A stretch of DNA of 64,000 nucleotides. It comes from Ignavibacterium sp. GTDB lineage: Bacteria > Bacteroidota > Ignavibacteria > Ignavibacteriales > Ignavibacteriaceae. The stretch is from assembly GCF_039961615.1 (NCBI RefSeq), contig NZ_JABRWE010000034.1, positions 96,503 to 160,502 on the forward strand. The letters are read 5' to 3'. A model generated the notes under the pieces. That model was not told where the DNA came from and did not search any database. It saw only the letters and a list, made by a program, of their open reading frames with translations. Position 1 is the first letter of the stretch. Every line of letters begins with the position of its first letter. A program made the position numbers and the translations under genes. This document shows, piece after piece, positions 34,607-44,593 of the stretch.

Positions 34607-36031
34607 TTATTTTGGTTCAATGTACTCAACATCCATATGATAATCCCATTTGTCAAAATATAAATTTCCACCACGCCATTCTAATTCACCTCTTTGAAAA
34701 TCAACAGTTTCACTTCTGGGGAAAATTTTAGCCGGGAATAATGGAGTGGAGTAATCGTCATTTATTATCAAGTGGTAAGGGTCAATGCTTCCAAGGAAAA
34801 AATATTTTTCATCTTCTTGTTCAGAATCTACCATTCCAAATGACTGATCAACGGGAACCCATCCATAACCCTCAAGATAAATTTCGCACCAGTCGTGAAG
34901 ATTAACTTCACCCGGATGAAGCATCCATCCACTTTGCCATTTAGCAGGAATTCCATTGTATCTGCAAAGAGTCATAAACAAAAGTGTTTTAATACCGCAA
35001 TCGCCGTGTTTTCTGTTAATGCAATACTCGGATATATTTTCTATTGTTGAATATTCTCTCGCTCCGGCCCATGGAATATTTGTTGAAATCCATGTAAATA
35101 TTTTCTTTGCAATCAGGTAAGGATTTTTTTCATCACCCACAATTTCTTTTGAGAGATTTTTGATCTTATCTGTGAATAAAATATGCGGAGCTTTTTCAGC
35201 GGTAAAAGTTTTGTATAAGCCAGAATTTTTGTTGTAAGGTTTTACAAAATCAGGATCAATAAAATTTACTTCAGCGTAATTTGTAACTTCAAGTGCGATG
35301 TTAAAAACAGTTGGTTGATCTTTTTGTGCGACTTTTTCAAAATAAATTGTTCGTTGCAAGTTCTCATTACTTGCGATTACATACTCATCTGAGTTTATTC
35401 CCAGCAATTTAATATTCTTCTGTCTTTCGTGACCTTCTCTTGGAAATGGTAACCAACATCTTATCACTTCACCAGATGGAACTACATTTGGTTCAACAGT
35501 AACCTTATAATTTAATTTGAATGTAACCGGCTTTACAAGTTTTTCCTGAGAATTGGCTGATTCATCAAGAACTTTTGGAATATAGGATTCGAGAAAAACA
35601 TCAAGAGGGTCTTTCTTAAAACCATCTATTAATTCTTTCTGCTTTTTTGCTTCTTCATTTATCCTGAAAAGATTTGATGCAGCTCTTGCAAAGTACCATT
35701 TTTTACCATCAATTACTTTGAACTCAAGTGAGCCATCTTCCTCCCATTTTTGCAAATCCGATTCAGTTGCATTTGGGTAATACTTTCTGACATACTTCAA
35801 TATGTCATCAGCAGTTTTGTTAAAATCTTTTCTGATTCTTTCAAGTCGTTCTTTTTCAAACTGAAGTTGAAATATTTCTTCGTGCGATAAGTTCATTGTT
35901 TTAACTTTTTCATCGATAAGTTTAGATGCTTTGGTAAATTCACCTGCTTTAACAAGCTCATTAACATCATCGAATTTTGTTTGTGAAAGAATAAAAGTTG
36001 ATAGCATAGCAATTAGAATTATTGTTTTCAT
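34607..36031 (-). CDS. exported transglutaminase-like cysteine protease-fold protein
   Basis: It has a signal peptide and a Cys-His-Asp core made up of KHGDCGIKTLLFMTLCRYNGIPA, HDWCEIY and WVPVD. Confidence 0.8.
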   Translation of the reverse strand: MKTIILIAMLSTFILSQTKFDDVNELVKAGEFTKASKLIDEKVKTMNLSHEEIFQLQFEKERLERIRKDFNKTADDILKYVRKYYPNATESDLQKWEEDGSLEFKVIDGKKWYFARAASNLFRINEEAKKQKELIDGFKKDPLDVFLESYIPKVLDESANSQEKLVKPVTFKLNYKVTVEPNVVPSGEVIRCWLPFPREGHERQKNIKLLGINSDEYVIASNENLQRTIYFEKVAQKDQPTVFNIALEVTNYAEVNFIDPDFVKPYNKNSGLYKTFTAEKAPHILFTDKIKNLSKEIVGDEKNPYLIAKKIFTWISTNIPWAGAREYSTIENISEYCINRKHGDCGIKTLLFMTLCRYNGIPAKWQSGWMLHPGEVNLHDWCEIYLEGYGWVPVDQSFGMVDSEQEDEKYFFLGSIDPYHLIINDDYSTPLFPAKIFPRSETVDFQRGELEWRGGNLYFDKWDYHMDVEYIEPK

Positions 36032-36219
36032 AATTTCGTCAAGAAGATTGAATAAATTTTTTTTACTCTTTGGTAAAATTAAAGTAAATCCGCATTAAAA
36101 TTCATGTAATTAATAATTTTAGTAAAGAAGGTCTTGACTTACCTGAAAGACTAAATCGGGTTTTATTCAATTTCATTTTACTTATTTTTGAGTTGTAATT
36201 ATTCTTCATTGGAGATAAT

Positions 36220-37356
36220 ATGAAACCTTCCGAAAGATTAGTCTCTCTTGATGTGTTCAGGGGAATTACAATTATGGGAATGATTTTAGTTAATAATCCG
36301 GGAATATGGAGTGCTGTTTATCCGCAGTTGCTTCACGCGGAATGGCACGGATGCACATTTACCGATTTAATATTTCCTTTTTTCCTCTTTATTGTTGGTG
36401 TTGCGATTTCATACTCATTAACCAAGCGCAAAGCTCAGGGCGGAAGTATGAAATCACTTTATCTGAATATTATAAGAAGAACTGTGATTTTATTTTTACT
36501 CGGAATAATTCTTAACGGATTTCCTTTTGGTTTATTATTCGGTCATCAGTTTTCGTGGGAGACTTTAAGAATTCCGGGTGTACTTCAGAGAATCGCAATA
36601 GTTTATTGTGTGGCAGCATTTTTATTCTTAACAACCTCAACAAAATTTCAATATTGGTTCACAGCAGCGATATTAATTCTTTACGCTGCTGTTATGAGTT
36701 TTATTCCTGTTCCCGGTGTTGGTTATGCTAATTTCGAACCAGGAAAAAATTTATCCGCCTGGATTGATCAAATGATTTTAGGTGCACATGTCTGGAGCGG
36801 AACAAAGTTGTGGGATCCGGAAGGAATTCTTTCAACAATTCCTGCTATCGGTTCTGCTATGCTTGGTATTTTTACCGGCAACTGGTTAAGGAGTGAAAAT
36901 GATCAGAAAGAAAAAGTAGTTTATCTGTTTATTTGGGCGAATGTTTTAATGCTTGCCGGTTGGATCTGGAGTTTCTGGTTTCCGCTGAATAAAAATTTGT
37001 GGACAAGCTCCTATGTATTTTGGACTGCCGGACTTGCTTTGCACTTTCTCGGATTTTGCTATTGGTTTATTGATGTGAAAAAAATTACCTGGTGGACAAA
37101 ACCATTTTTAGTTTATGGTATGAATGCAATTACTGTTTTCTTTCTATCCGGAATTGTTGGCAGAATTATGTATATGGTTAAATGGACAACCGAAGATGGA
37201 AAAGTATTTACAATCAAATCATATTTATTCGAAACATTTTTCCTTTCCTGGTTAGAACCAATTAATGCATCACTTGCCTGGGCAATATTTTATATTTTAT
37301 TCTGGCTTGGCTTGATGTGGATTCTTTATGCAAAGAAAATTTTTATAAAAGTTTGA
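36220..37356 (+). CDS. HGSNAT-like transmembrane acyltransferase (DUF1624/DUF5009 family)
   Basis: The N-terminus RLVSLDVFRGITIMGMILVNNPG is typical of the heparan-alpha-glucosaminide N-acetyltransferase-like family. About 10 TM segments are apparent. Confidence 0.7.
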   Translation: MKPSERLVSLDVFRGITIMGMILVNNPGIWSAVYPQLLHAEWHGCTFTDLIFPFFLFIVGVAISYSLTKRKAQGGSMKSLYLNIIRRTVILFLLGIILNGFPFGLLFGHQFSWETLRIPGVLQRIAIVYCVAAFLFLTTSTKFQYWFTAAILILYAAVMSFIPVPGVGYANFEPGKNLSAWIDQMILGAHVWSGTKLWDPEGILSTIPAIGSAMLGIFTGNWLRSENDQKEKVVYLFIWANVLMLAGWIWSFWFPLNKNLWTSSYVFWTAGLALHFLGFCYWFIDVKKITWWTKPFLVYGMNAITVFFLSGIVGRIMYMVKWTTEDGKVFTIKSYLFETFFLSWLEPINASLAWAIFYILFWLGLMWILYAKKIFIKV

Positions 37357-37438
37357 TGAAAGCTGAATAACTGAAATTATTTTTTAATTTTCTGGAAAAG
37401 AATTAGTTATTAAGTTGAACAAATAATTAAGGTGATTT

Positions 37439-37666
37439 ATGAGAAAAGTAATTCAATTTTCTATTTACAAAGGTGATTTATATTATGTCGCTGAAGGAAT
37501 TAATATTCCTGTTGTAACTCAGGGTAAAACATTAGATGAATTGATAAATAATCTTAAGGAAGCGCTTCAGTTGTTTCTTGAAGATGAAGATTTATCCAAA
37601 TATGATATTCAGACTAATCCCGCTATAATTGCTAATATTGAATTGAACAACCTTATCTATGCCTAA
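37439..37666 (+). CDS. hicB: HicB-family antitoxin (UPF0150)
   Basis: The 75 aa product contains YVAEGINIPVVTQGKTLDELINNLKEALQLFLED. It overlaps the HicA gene by 8 nt. Confidence 0.75.
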   Translation: MRKVIQFSIYKGDLYYVAEGINIPVVTQGKTLDELINNLKEALQLFLEDEDLSKYDIQTNPAIIANIELNNLIYA

Positions 37667-37901
37667 GTTAAAAGTTCTTTCCGGGAGTGATTTAATTAAG
37701 ATATTTGAGGATTTTGGTTTTTCTGTAATCTCTCAAAAGGGAAGTCATATTAAAATTTTACGATTGCATCAAGGTGAAAGACAGGTTTTAGTTTTTCCTA
37801 ACCATAAAGAGATTGATAAAGGAACTCTTAAAGCGATTTATAGACAAGCAACTAAGTATATTCTGGAAAGTGAACTCAAAGGACAATTTTATTATGAATA
37901 G
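37659..37901 (+). CDS. hicA: HicA-family mRNA interferase toxin
   Basis: The 80 aa product contains LSGSDLIKIFEDFGFSVISQKGSHIKIL, which matches the YcfA/HicA double-stranded-RNA-binding fold motif including the GSH. Confidence 0.8.
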   Translation: MPKLKVLSGSDLIKIFEDFGFSVISQKGSHIKILRLHQGERQVLVFPNHKEIDKGTLKAIYRQATKYILESELKGQFYYE

Positions 37902-38006
37902 CCTTTTGTTTGATAATCAATATTTAATGAGAGCATTGGTGAATTTATGCTTTCCATCAGGTTTGTGGAATTAGTTAAATAAATTTCACTCTTAGCAGAA
38001 AATAAT

Positions 38007-39353
38007 ATGAAAAAAATTCTACTTGTCCTTTTGTTCACTCAAAATTTCTTTCCTCAACCTGATCTTTATCATAAAATATCACAAATGATAATGGTTGGAT
38101 TTTCAGGCAAAACATTGAGCGACTCAGTTATTATAAATGATTTGCAAATCAGGGGAGTAGGAAGTGTAATTTTATTTAGTGGGAATATTGAATCACCAAC
38201 TCAACTTAACCAACTTACAACACAGCTTCATAATCTTTCTTCAACTCCATTATTTATTGCAATCGATCAGGAAGGAGGAAGGATTGCACGATTAAGAGAA
38301 ACAAATGGTTACACTTCAACTTATTCTGCTTTTCAGATAGGAACCATTTTTAATGATGAAACCATTAACCGAAGCTGGGCAACACTAATGGCCGGCTGGT
38401 TAAAAGATGCTAACATAAATCTCAATCTTGCTCCGGTTGCTGATGTTAATGTCAATCCTGAAAGTCCAGCAATTGGATATCTTGACAGAAGTTTTTCACG
38501 CATTCCGGATACCGTATTTAATCATTGTTCGTGGTTTATAGATGAGTTTCATCAGAAAAATATTTTCAACTGTCTGAAACATTTTCCCGGACACGGAAGT
38601 GCATCAACAGATTCTCATCTCGGTTTTACAGATATTACCAATACCTGGGCGGATTCAGAATTAATTCCTTTCCAAAGGTTAATACAGAATGGTTATAATG
38701 ATTTTATAATGAGCGGGCATCTTTTCAATGCTCAGATTGATTCAATTTATCCGGCTTCGCTTTCAAATAAAACTTTAACAGGTTTGCTTCGCGATTCACT
38801 CGGATTTGATGGATTGATTATAACCGACGGAATGTTTATGGGTGCTATCTCAAATAATTATTCATTTGATGAAGCTGTGGAACTCGCAATCAATGCCGGA
38901 AACGATATTCTTCTTTATACAACAAACAAACTTTCAGGTAAATCGCTTGTTGATAGCGTTGTTGGAATTGTAATGATTAAAATTTCCGAAGGTAAAATAA
39001 CTGAGCAAAGAATTGATGAGTCGTATAACAGAATTATTCAGAAGAAACAACAACTAACAAATGTTCATCAGGATATTATTCAATTTGTTCCGGATGATTT
39101 TGAATTACTCAATTATCCCAATCCATTTAATTCTCAAACAAATATTGTTGTTAAAATTCCGACAGATGGAAATCTTTCTGTTCAGGTATTCAATATTGTT
39201 GGAGAAGAAGTTTCTGAATTAATGAATGAGTATAAAACAGCAGGAATTTATAAATTTTCTTTTAATGCCAATGAGCTTGCCTCAGGAATTTATTTTATAA
39301 GAATGAAGATGCAGGATAAAATTCTCACTCATAAAATCGTTTTACTCAAATAA
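38007..39353 (+). CDS. nagZ: GH3 beta-N-acetylhexosaminidase (NagZ-like) with T9SS C-terminal sorting domain
   Basis: It has FIAIDQEGGRIARL, KHFPGHG and ITDGM. The C-terminus is a T9SS CTD, LLNYPNPFNSQTNI...GIYFIRMKM...HKIVLLK. Confidence 0.8.
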   Translation: MKKILLVLLFTQNFFPQPDLYHKISQMIMVGFSGKTLSDSVIINDLQIRGVGSVILFSGNIESPTQLNQLTTQLHNLSSTPLFIAIDQEGGRIARLRETNGYTSTYSAFQIGTIFNDETINRSWATLMAGWLKDANINLNLAPVADVNVNPESPAIGYLDRSFSRIPDTVFNHCSWFIDEFHQKNIFNCLKHFPGHGSASTDSHLGFTDITNTWADSELIPFQRLIQNGYNDFIMSGHLFNAQIDSIYPASLSNKTLTGLLRDSLGFDGLIITDGMFMGAISNNYSFDEAVELAINAGNDILLYTTNKLSGKSLVDSVVGIVMIKISEGKITEQRIDESYNRIIQKKQQLTNVHQDIIQFVPDDFELLNYPNPFNSQTNIVVKIPTDGNLSVQVFNIVGEEVSELMNEYKTAGIYKFSFNANELASGIYFIRMKMQDKILTHKIVLLK

Positions 39354-39374
39354 TTTTTAACAAAGGATTAATAA

Positions 39375-39881
39375 ATGATTAAATATTTTTTAATTGTAAT
39401 GTTTGCAATGAATATCTTCGCACAACAAAAAGAACTGAAAACAGTTGATTATGTTGATTTGAAAAAATATGCAGGGCTTTGGTATGAAGTAGCAAAAATT
39501 CCAAATCGTTTTCAAAGTCAATGTGTTAAAGGAACAACAGCCAGATACACACTTAAAGAAAACGGAGAGATTGAAGTAGTAAACTCTTGTTTTGATGAAG
39601 ATAATGAATTGGATAAAACAGAAGGCGTTGCAAGAGTTGTTGATAAGAAATCAAATGCAAAGCTGGAAGTAAGTTTTTTCAGTATACTCGGATGGCGACC
39701 TGTTTGGGGTGATTATTGGATAATCGGACTTGATGAAAATTATCAGTGGGCAATTGTTGGAACTCCGAGCAGAAAGTACGGTTGGATTTTAGCACGACAA
39801 CCGAAACTGGATAATGAAACTCTTGAAAAGATTTATTTAATCCTGAAAGAACAAGGATATAATCCAAAGGATTTTAAGTGA
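39375..39881 (+). CDS. blc: bacterial lipocalin (Blc-like)
   Basis: It has the lipocalin signature YAGLWYEVAKIPNRFQ followed by YWIIGLDENYQWAIVG and WILAR. Confidence 0.85.
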   Translation: MIKYFLIVMFAMNIFAQQKELKTVDYVDLKKYAGLWYEVAKIPNRFQSQCVKGTTARYTLKENGEIEVVNSCFDEDNELDKTEGVARVVDKKSNAKLEVSFFSILGWRPVWGDYWIIGLDENYQWAIVGTPSRKYGWILARQPKLDNETLEKIYLILKEQGYNPKDFK

Positions 39882-39890
39882 AAATATTTT

Positions 39891-39919
39891 AATGAGACGA
39901 GTGATCTGCTCGTCTCATT
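39891..39919. repeat. REP-variant hairpin / bidirectional terminator between convergent genes
   Basis: AATGAGACGAG (39891-39901) pairs with CTCGTCTCATT (39909-39919). It shares the GAGACGAG core with the other REPs. Confidence 0.65.
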
Positions 39920-39960
39920 ATTTATAATAAGTAAGGTTTGATAATTTTCAGTTTAATAAT

Positions 39961-41493
39961 TTATCTCTCCAAAAACATTGGTGCCCCAGGACCAACTGGA
40001 ATTCCAAGTGCAAACCAAACAATAAATAACGAAGTCCAGATAATAAAGAATACTAAAGTGTAAGGAAGCATGGTTGCGATTAAAGTTCCTATACCTGCTT
40101 TGGGATCATACTTTCCAACAAAAGCAATGATTAATGCAAAGTATGACATCATCGGTGAAATTATATTTGTAACACTATCTCCAACTCTGTAAGCTGCCTG
40201 CACAAGTTCAGGTGAATAACCAAGCAACATAAACATTGGAATAAACACAGGAGCCATAACAGCCCACTTTGCTGATGCACTTCCGATGAACAGATTAATT
40301 ATTGCTGAAATAATTATAAATGAAATCAGAAGTGGAATTGGACCTAATCCTGATGATTTCAAAAAGTTTGCACCTTCTACTGCAACTATTAAACCGAGAT
40401 TTGTCCAATTGAAGAACGCAACAAACTGAGCAGCAAAAAACACCAGCACGATGTAAGAACCAAGTGTCTCCATAGATTTATTCATTCCTTTAATAGCATC
40501 ATTATCAGATTTAATTGTTTTAGCACCTATTCCATAAGCCAGTCCAACAATTACACCACCAAAGAAAATGAATGTAACAATTCCGCTTAAGAAAGGAGAT
40601 TTAAGTATTCCTTGTGTTTTTGGATCTCTCAAAAAACCATTCTCAGGAATTAAACCGGCAAGAATTATCGCAGCAAAAATTAAAGTTGCAAATCCTGCAT
40701 ACCATAAACCTCTTATTTCATCTTTTGACAATGGTTTAATCTCTTCTGCCTTAACGCTTCCTTCATATTTACCAAGTCGCGGAACAATAATTCTTTCAGT
40801 AACCCATGTTCCTGCAGCAGCAATAAAGAAAGTTGAAACAAACATAAAATAATAATTTGCAGCTGCATTAACCTCATACGATTTATCAATAATGTGAGCA
40901 GCTTCCTGTGTTAGTCCTGCCAGAAGCGGATCGATAGTTCCAAGTAAGAGATTTGCGCTGTAACCACCTGAAACTCCGGCAAACGCTGCAGCCAAACCTG
41001 CAATCGGATGTCTTCCTGCAGCAAGAAAAATTATTGCTGATAAAGGAACAAGTAAAACATATCCGATTTCACTTGCAGTGTTCGAAAGAATTCCGGCAAA
41101 AACAATTACAAATGTCAGAAGTTTTTTAGGAGATTTCAGAACAAGCAAACGAAGTACAGTTCCAATCAAACCACTGTGTTCTGCAACAGCTATTCCAAGC
41201 AACGATACAAGCACAGTTCCAAGAGGTGCGAATGAAGTGAAGTTAGTAATAAGATTAAGAATTATTTTGTGAAGACCTTCAACCGACATAAGATTTACCG
41301 GTCTTATTTCTTTTCCTGTTCCCGGATGAATAACGGAAAAATCAAACTGACTTACTATCCACGAAAGGAAAATAACTGCTAGAGCAAATATTGCAAACAA
41401 TGTTGTTGGATTTGGTAATTTATTTCCGACACTTTCCACAATGCCAAGAAATTTTTCAAGGTATTTATTAGTCTTATTCTGAGTTTCTGCCAT
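39961..41493 (-). CDS. AbgT-family transporter (p-aminobenzoyl-glutamate / peptide-type)
   Basis: The 510 aa polytopic protein has an N-terminus ...[23 protein letters not shown] that is typical of AbgT. Confidence 0.8.
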   Translation of the reverse strand: MAETQNKTNKYLEKFLGIVESVGNKLPNPTTLFAIFALAVIFLSWIVSQFDFSVIHPGTGKEIRPVNLMSVEGLHKIILNLITNFTSFAPLGTVLVSLLGIAVAEHSGLIGTVLRLLVLKSPKKLLTFVIVFAGILSNTASEIGYVLLVPLSAIIFLAAGRHPIAGLAAAFAGVSGGYSANLLLGTIDPLLAGLTQEAAHIIDKSYEVNAAANYYFMFVSTFFIAAAGTWVTERIIVPRLGKYEGSVKAEEIKPLSKDEIRGLWYAGFATLIFAAIILAGLIPENGFLRDPKTQGILKSPFLSGIVTFIFFGGVIVGLAYGIGAKTIKSDNDAIKGMNKSMETLGSYIVLVFFAAQFVAFFNWTNLGLIVAVEGANFLKSSGLGPIPLLISFIIISAIINLFIGSASAKWAVMAPVFIPMFMLLGYSPELVQAAYRVGDSVTNIISPMMSYFALIIAFVGKYDPKAGIGTLIATMLPYTLVFFIIWTSLFIVWFALGIPVGPGAPMFLER

Positions 41494-41649
41494 AATGCTT
41501 CCTGTATTGTTATCGGATTGTTATAAAGCTGAGATAATTATTTTGTAATATATAAAAAATGATTGAGTAAACGAGAGAAAAAATTCAGGTAGGTAAAGAG
41601 ATTGAAAAGATTTGCGAAGTTCTTTTTTAAAAATTCTGAAAAAGATTAC

Positions 41650-43476
41650 TCACTCCACAACCAAACAAGTTATATTTCCATCAAAATCAGTTGCGATGAT
41701 TTGGTTTTTGCTGATCGCAGTTATTGTGTTTACATATCCATTTGTGATTTTGTGCTTCCAGAGAATATTTCCATTTGAAGAATCAAGCGAATAGATAACA
41801 CCGTTTTTAGTAGGATAAAAAATTACTCCATCTTTTTCAATTATTTGTGCTGAGCTAATGTCATATCCGAATTTGCAATCTGTTATCCACATTGGTTCCA
41901 GCAATTCTTTTGAAGAGGTAAGTGCAAGAATTGTATCGTTCATAGTTCTGATGAAAATCTTATCACCATTTTCTGAAATTCCGATAGTTTCCCGCACCTG
42001 ATATTTTCCGGTTCGCCAAAACTGTTTACCACTTTCAATATCAATTGCTGTCATTTGTCTGTCTGGTGCAACGATGAAAACAATTCCATTTGATATTACA
42101 GGTGTGCAGGCAGCCGGTGAATAAAATCTTCCCTCACGGTCGCCTCTCCATTTCCAGATAAGATTTCCGGAACTTGCATTAAGACAATAAAGATGTTCAT
42201 CCCAGGAACCAAAAATAATTTTATCATCCATCAAAGCTGGCTTACATTCAACATATCCATTCAGCTCTGAAAACTGCCAGATACTTTTTCCTGTTTGAAG
42301 ATTGATTGCACGGAATGTATTGTCACTGCTTCCGATATAAACAATGTTGTTGTAAATTAAAGGCGAACCCAGCACTGCAGCATTCATTTTGAATTGCCAG
42401 ATTAATTTTCCATCATTTTTATTTAAGCAATAAACAGAACTGTCAGCAGAACCAAATACAACATAATCAGATGAAACTGCAGGAGATGAGTAAATCGCAT
42501 TATTAGAATTAAATGTCCACTGAACACTTCCATCATAAATATTCAAAGAATAAAATTTTCCTGATGCATCTCCGGCAAAAATATTTTCATTGCTCGCTAC
42601 CGCAGAAGAACCAATCGTGTAGCCGGTCTTAAACTGCCATTTTAATTTTACATTTGGATAGAAATTGTTGATAGAATAATCTGGAAATTTTGTTTCGGTA
42701 AAATTTAGTTTTTCTGATATGCTTATTGAATGCCATCTGCTATAATTTTCTTTTGAATTATTCTTTTCATAAAAAAATACAGAGTCATCTTTAATCTCAA
42801 CAATGTTATAACCGCCATTTTGTTCCTGTGCTCTTAGATTTGATTTTCCCATTATGCCAGGAATTCCTTCGAGGTTATAAATTTTATTTGAATGACCATG
42901 CCCAAATAAAACAAATTTTGTGTTAAGTGTTTTTAATCGTCCTGTCATTTCATACCAGTTTGCAATGCTTTCATCAAGAGGGTAGTGAGTGATAAAAATT
43001 AAAGGTTTTGTTGAGTCAGATTTTGTTTTGAATAATGAATCAAACCATCGTAAATCTTCCGGTGCAAAATAACCATCAGCCATTCGCATTCGAGGTCCTT
43101 CGTGTAAGCCAATAAAAAGCATATTTTGATTTTCAAAAACAAATCTGTCATTTCCCCAGAGTTTAATAAAATCTGTGCAACCGGATTCACTCCATTTTGT
43201 ATCGTGATTACCCGGAATAATGTAGTAAGGTTTATCAAGTTTATCGAGAATTGATTTTGCGAGTGAAAGCTCTTCAAGTGTACCAGTTGCAGTTATATCG
43301 CCAGTGACAATAGTGAAGTCAATATCTTTTGCAGAATTTATGTCATTGACTGATTGAGTTAAATCTTCAGCTGCTGTCGGATAACCAATGTGAATATCAG
43401 TGAGCCAGGCAAATTTAAGTTGCTGTGAAAATATTGAGGTGATAAAAAATAAAAACAGAAGAAAAAATTTTTTCAT
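41650..43476 (-). CDS. exported calcineurin-like metallophosphoesterase fused to PQQ-like beta-propeller repeats
   Basis: It has a signal peptide and the metallophosphoesterase motifs DIHIG, GDITATG, GNHD and GHGH. The C-terminal part has repeated G..lW.f propeller blades. Confidence 0.75.
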   Translation of the reverse strand: MKKFFLLFLFFITSIFSQQLKFAWLTDIHIGYPTAAEDLTQSVNDINSAKDIDFTIVTGDITATGTLEELSLAKSILDKLDKPYYIIPGNHDTKWSESGCTDFIKLWGNDRFVFENQNMLFIGLHEGPRMRMADGYFAPEDLRWFDSLFKTKSDSTKPLIFITHYPLDESIANWYEMTGRLKTLNTKFVLFGHGHSNKIYNLEGIPGIMGKSNLRAQEQNGGYNIVEIKDDSVFFYEKNNSKENYSRWHSISISEKLNFTETKFPDYSINNFYPNVKLKWQFKTGYTIGSSAVASNENIFAGDASGKFYSLNIYDGSVQWTFNSNNAIYSSPAVSSDYVVFGSADSSVYCLNKNDGKLIWQFKMNAAVLGSPLIYNNIVYIGSSDNTFRAINLQTGKSIWQFSELNGYVECKPALMDDKIIFGSWDEHLYCLNASSGNLIWKWRGDREGRFYSPAACTPVISNGIVFIVAPDRQMTAIDIESGKQFWRTGKYQVRETIGISENGDKIFIRTMNDTILALTSSKELLEPMWITDCKFGYDISSAQIIEKDGVIFYPTKNGVIYSLDSSNGNILWKHKITNGYVNTITAISKNQIIATDFDGNITCLVVE

Positions 43477-44453
43477 GACATTTTTGAAACCAATTTATCA
43501 AACTTTGTATTGAACAATTCGTGAAGCAGATTAAGATCATCATCAGATATTTTTATAATCTGCTGTGTGTTTTTAATTGCCTGTTCAGGTGTTTTGATTC
43601 CAGGAATTACTGTTGAGACTCCGTTGTGGTTCATTATAAAGCTCAAAGCAAAAGTTACTTTGTCGACTTTATACTTGTCAGAAATTTTCCAGACATCATT
43701 GAGGGAATCAATAAGCTCAGATAGAAATTCTGGTTTCAGACGGAAACTTCTGTGATCATCTTCGCTGAATCTTGTCTCTTTGGTGAACTTACCTGTAAGC
43801 AATCCAAACTGAAGTGGAATTCTTGCAATTATACCATAACCTTTCTCAGAAGCAGTTTCTACAAGTTTAAGCGCTCTTTGATTTATGAGGTTGAATGCAA
43901 CTTGAAAACCAGAAGCAAGATTTCGTTGCATTAAAAATTCAGCTTCAGGAAAAGGATTGAATGTGTTTAATGAAATTCCCCAGTAACGGATTTTGCCTTG
44001 TGATTTCAATTCTTCCATTGCTTCGATGCATTGACCATCTTCAAGATGGTTAAGCTTTGCTGAATGAAGCTGATAGAAATCAATATAATCTCTTTTCAGT
44101 CGCTTTAAACTTTCATCGCAGGATTTGAGAATGTGGGCTTTGGTATAGTCAAGAAGAATTTGATCATTCTCAACACGATGCCCGACTTTTGTGGCAATTA
44201 TAATATCAGTTCTGTTACCAAAAACTTTTCCGATAAGTTCTTCGGAATGTCCGAAGCCGTAAAAGTCGGCAGTATCATAAAAATTAATTCCAAGTTCAAA
44301 AGATTTTTTGAGAGCTTCAATTGAAGTGTTGTCATCGACATTACTCCATCCGATTGGTAAATCTCCGACTTTTGCAGGTCCACCAATTGCCCATGCACCA
44401 AAACCAACTTCACTTACGAGTAAATCTGTGTTCCCGAATTTTCTGTAGTTCAT
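43473..44453 (-). CDS. aldo/keto reductase
   Basis: It has GFGAWAIGG, FYDTADFYG, ATKVG and DFYQLH. Its stop overlaps the downstream start by 4 nt. Confidence 0.9.
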   Translation of the reverse strand: MNYRKFGNTDLLVSEVGFGAWAIGGPAKVGDLPIGWSNVDDNTSIEALKKSFELGINFYDTADFYGFGHSEELIGKVFGNRTDIIIATKVGHRVENDQILLDYTKAHILKSCDESLKRLKRDYIDFYQLHSAKLNHLEDGQCIEAMEELKSQGKIRYWGISLNTFNPFPEAEFLMQRNLASGFQVAFNLINQRALKLVETASEKGYGIIARIPLQFGLLTGKFTKETRFSEDDHRSFRLKPEFLSELIDSLNDVWKISDKYKVDKVTFALSFIMNHNGVSTVIPGIKTPEQAIKNTQQIIKISDDDLNLLHELFNTKFDKLVSKMS

Positions 44454-44499
44454 ATATACCTGAATGTTATTTTTTGTTCACAAATTTATGAATACCTTA

Positions 44500-44530
44500 A
44501 CAAATAAAAACGCAACCTTTTAGTTGCGTT
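44500..44530 (-). terminator. rho-independent terminator after the amidase_3 gene
   Basis: On the minus strand, AACGCAAC-taaaag-GTTGCGTT is followed by TTTTTATTT (plus-strand stem 44509-44516/44523-44530). Confidence 0.7.
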
Positions 44531-44560
44531 GATAATTTCATTGTTAAATCTTATAAGCAC

Positions 44561-44582
44561 GGAAAGGTCGGGAGACCTTTCC
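44561..44582. repeat. perfect 9-bp hairpin followed by CTACA
   Basis: GGAAAGGTC (44561-44569), loop GGGA, GACCTTTCC (44574-44582), then CTACA. The CTACA echoes the tail that follows the REP at 22804-22817. Confidence 0.45.
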
Positions 44583-44593
44583 CTACAGAATAA

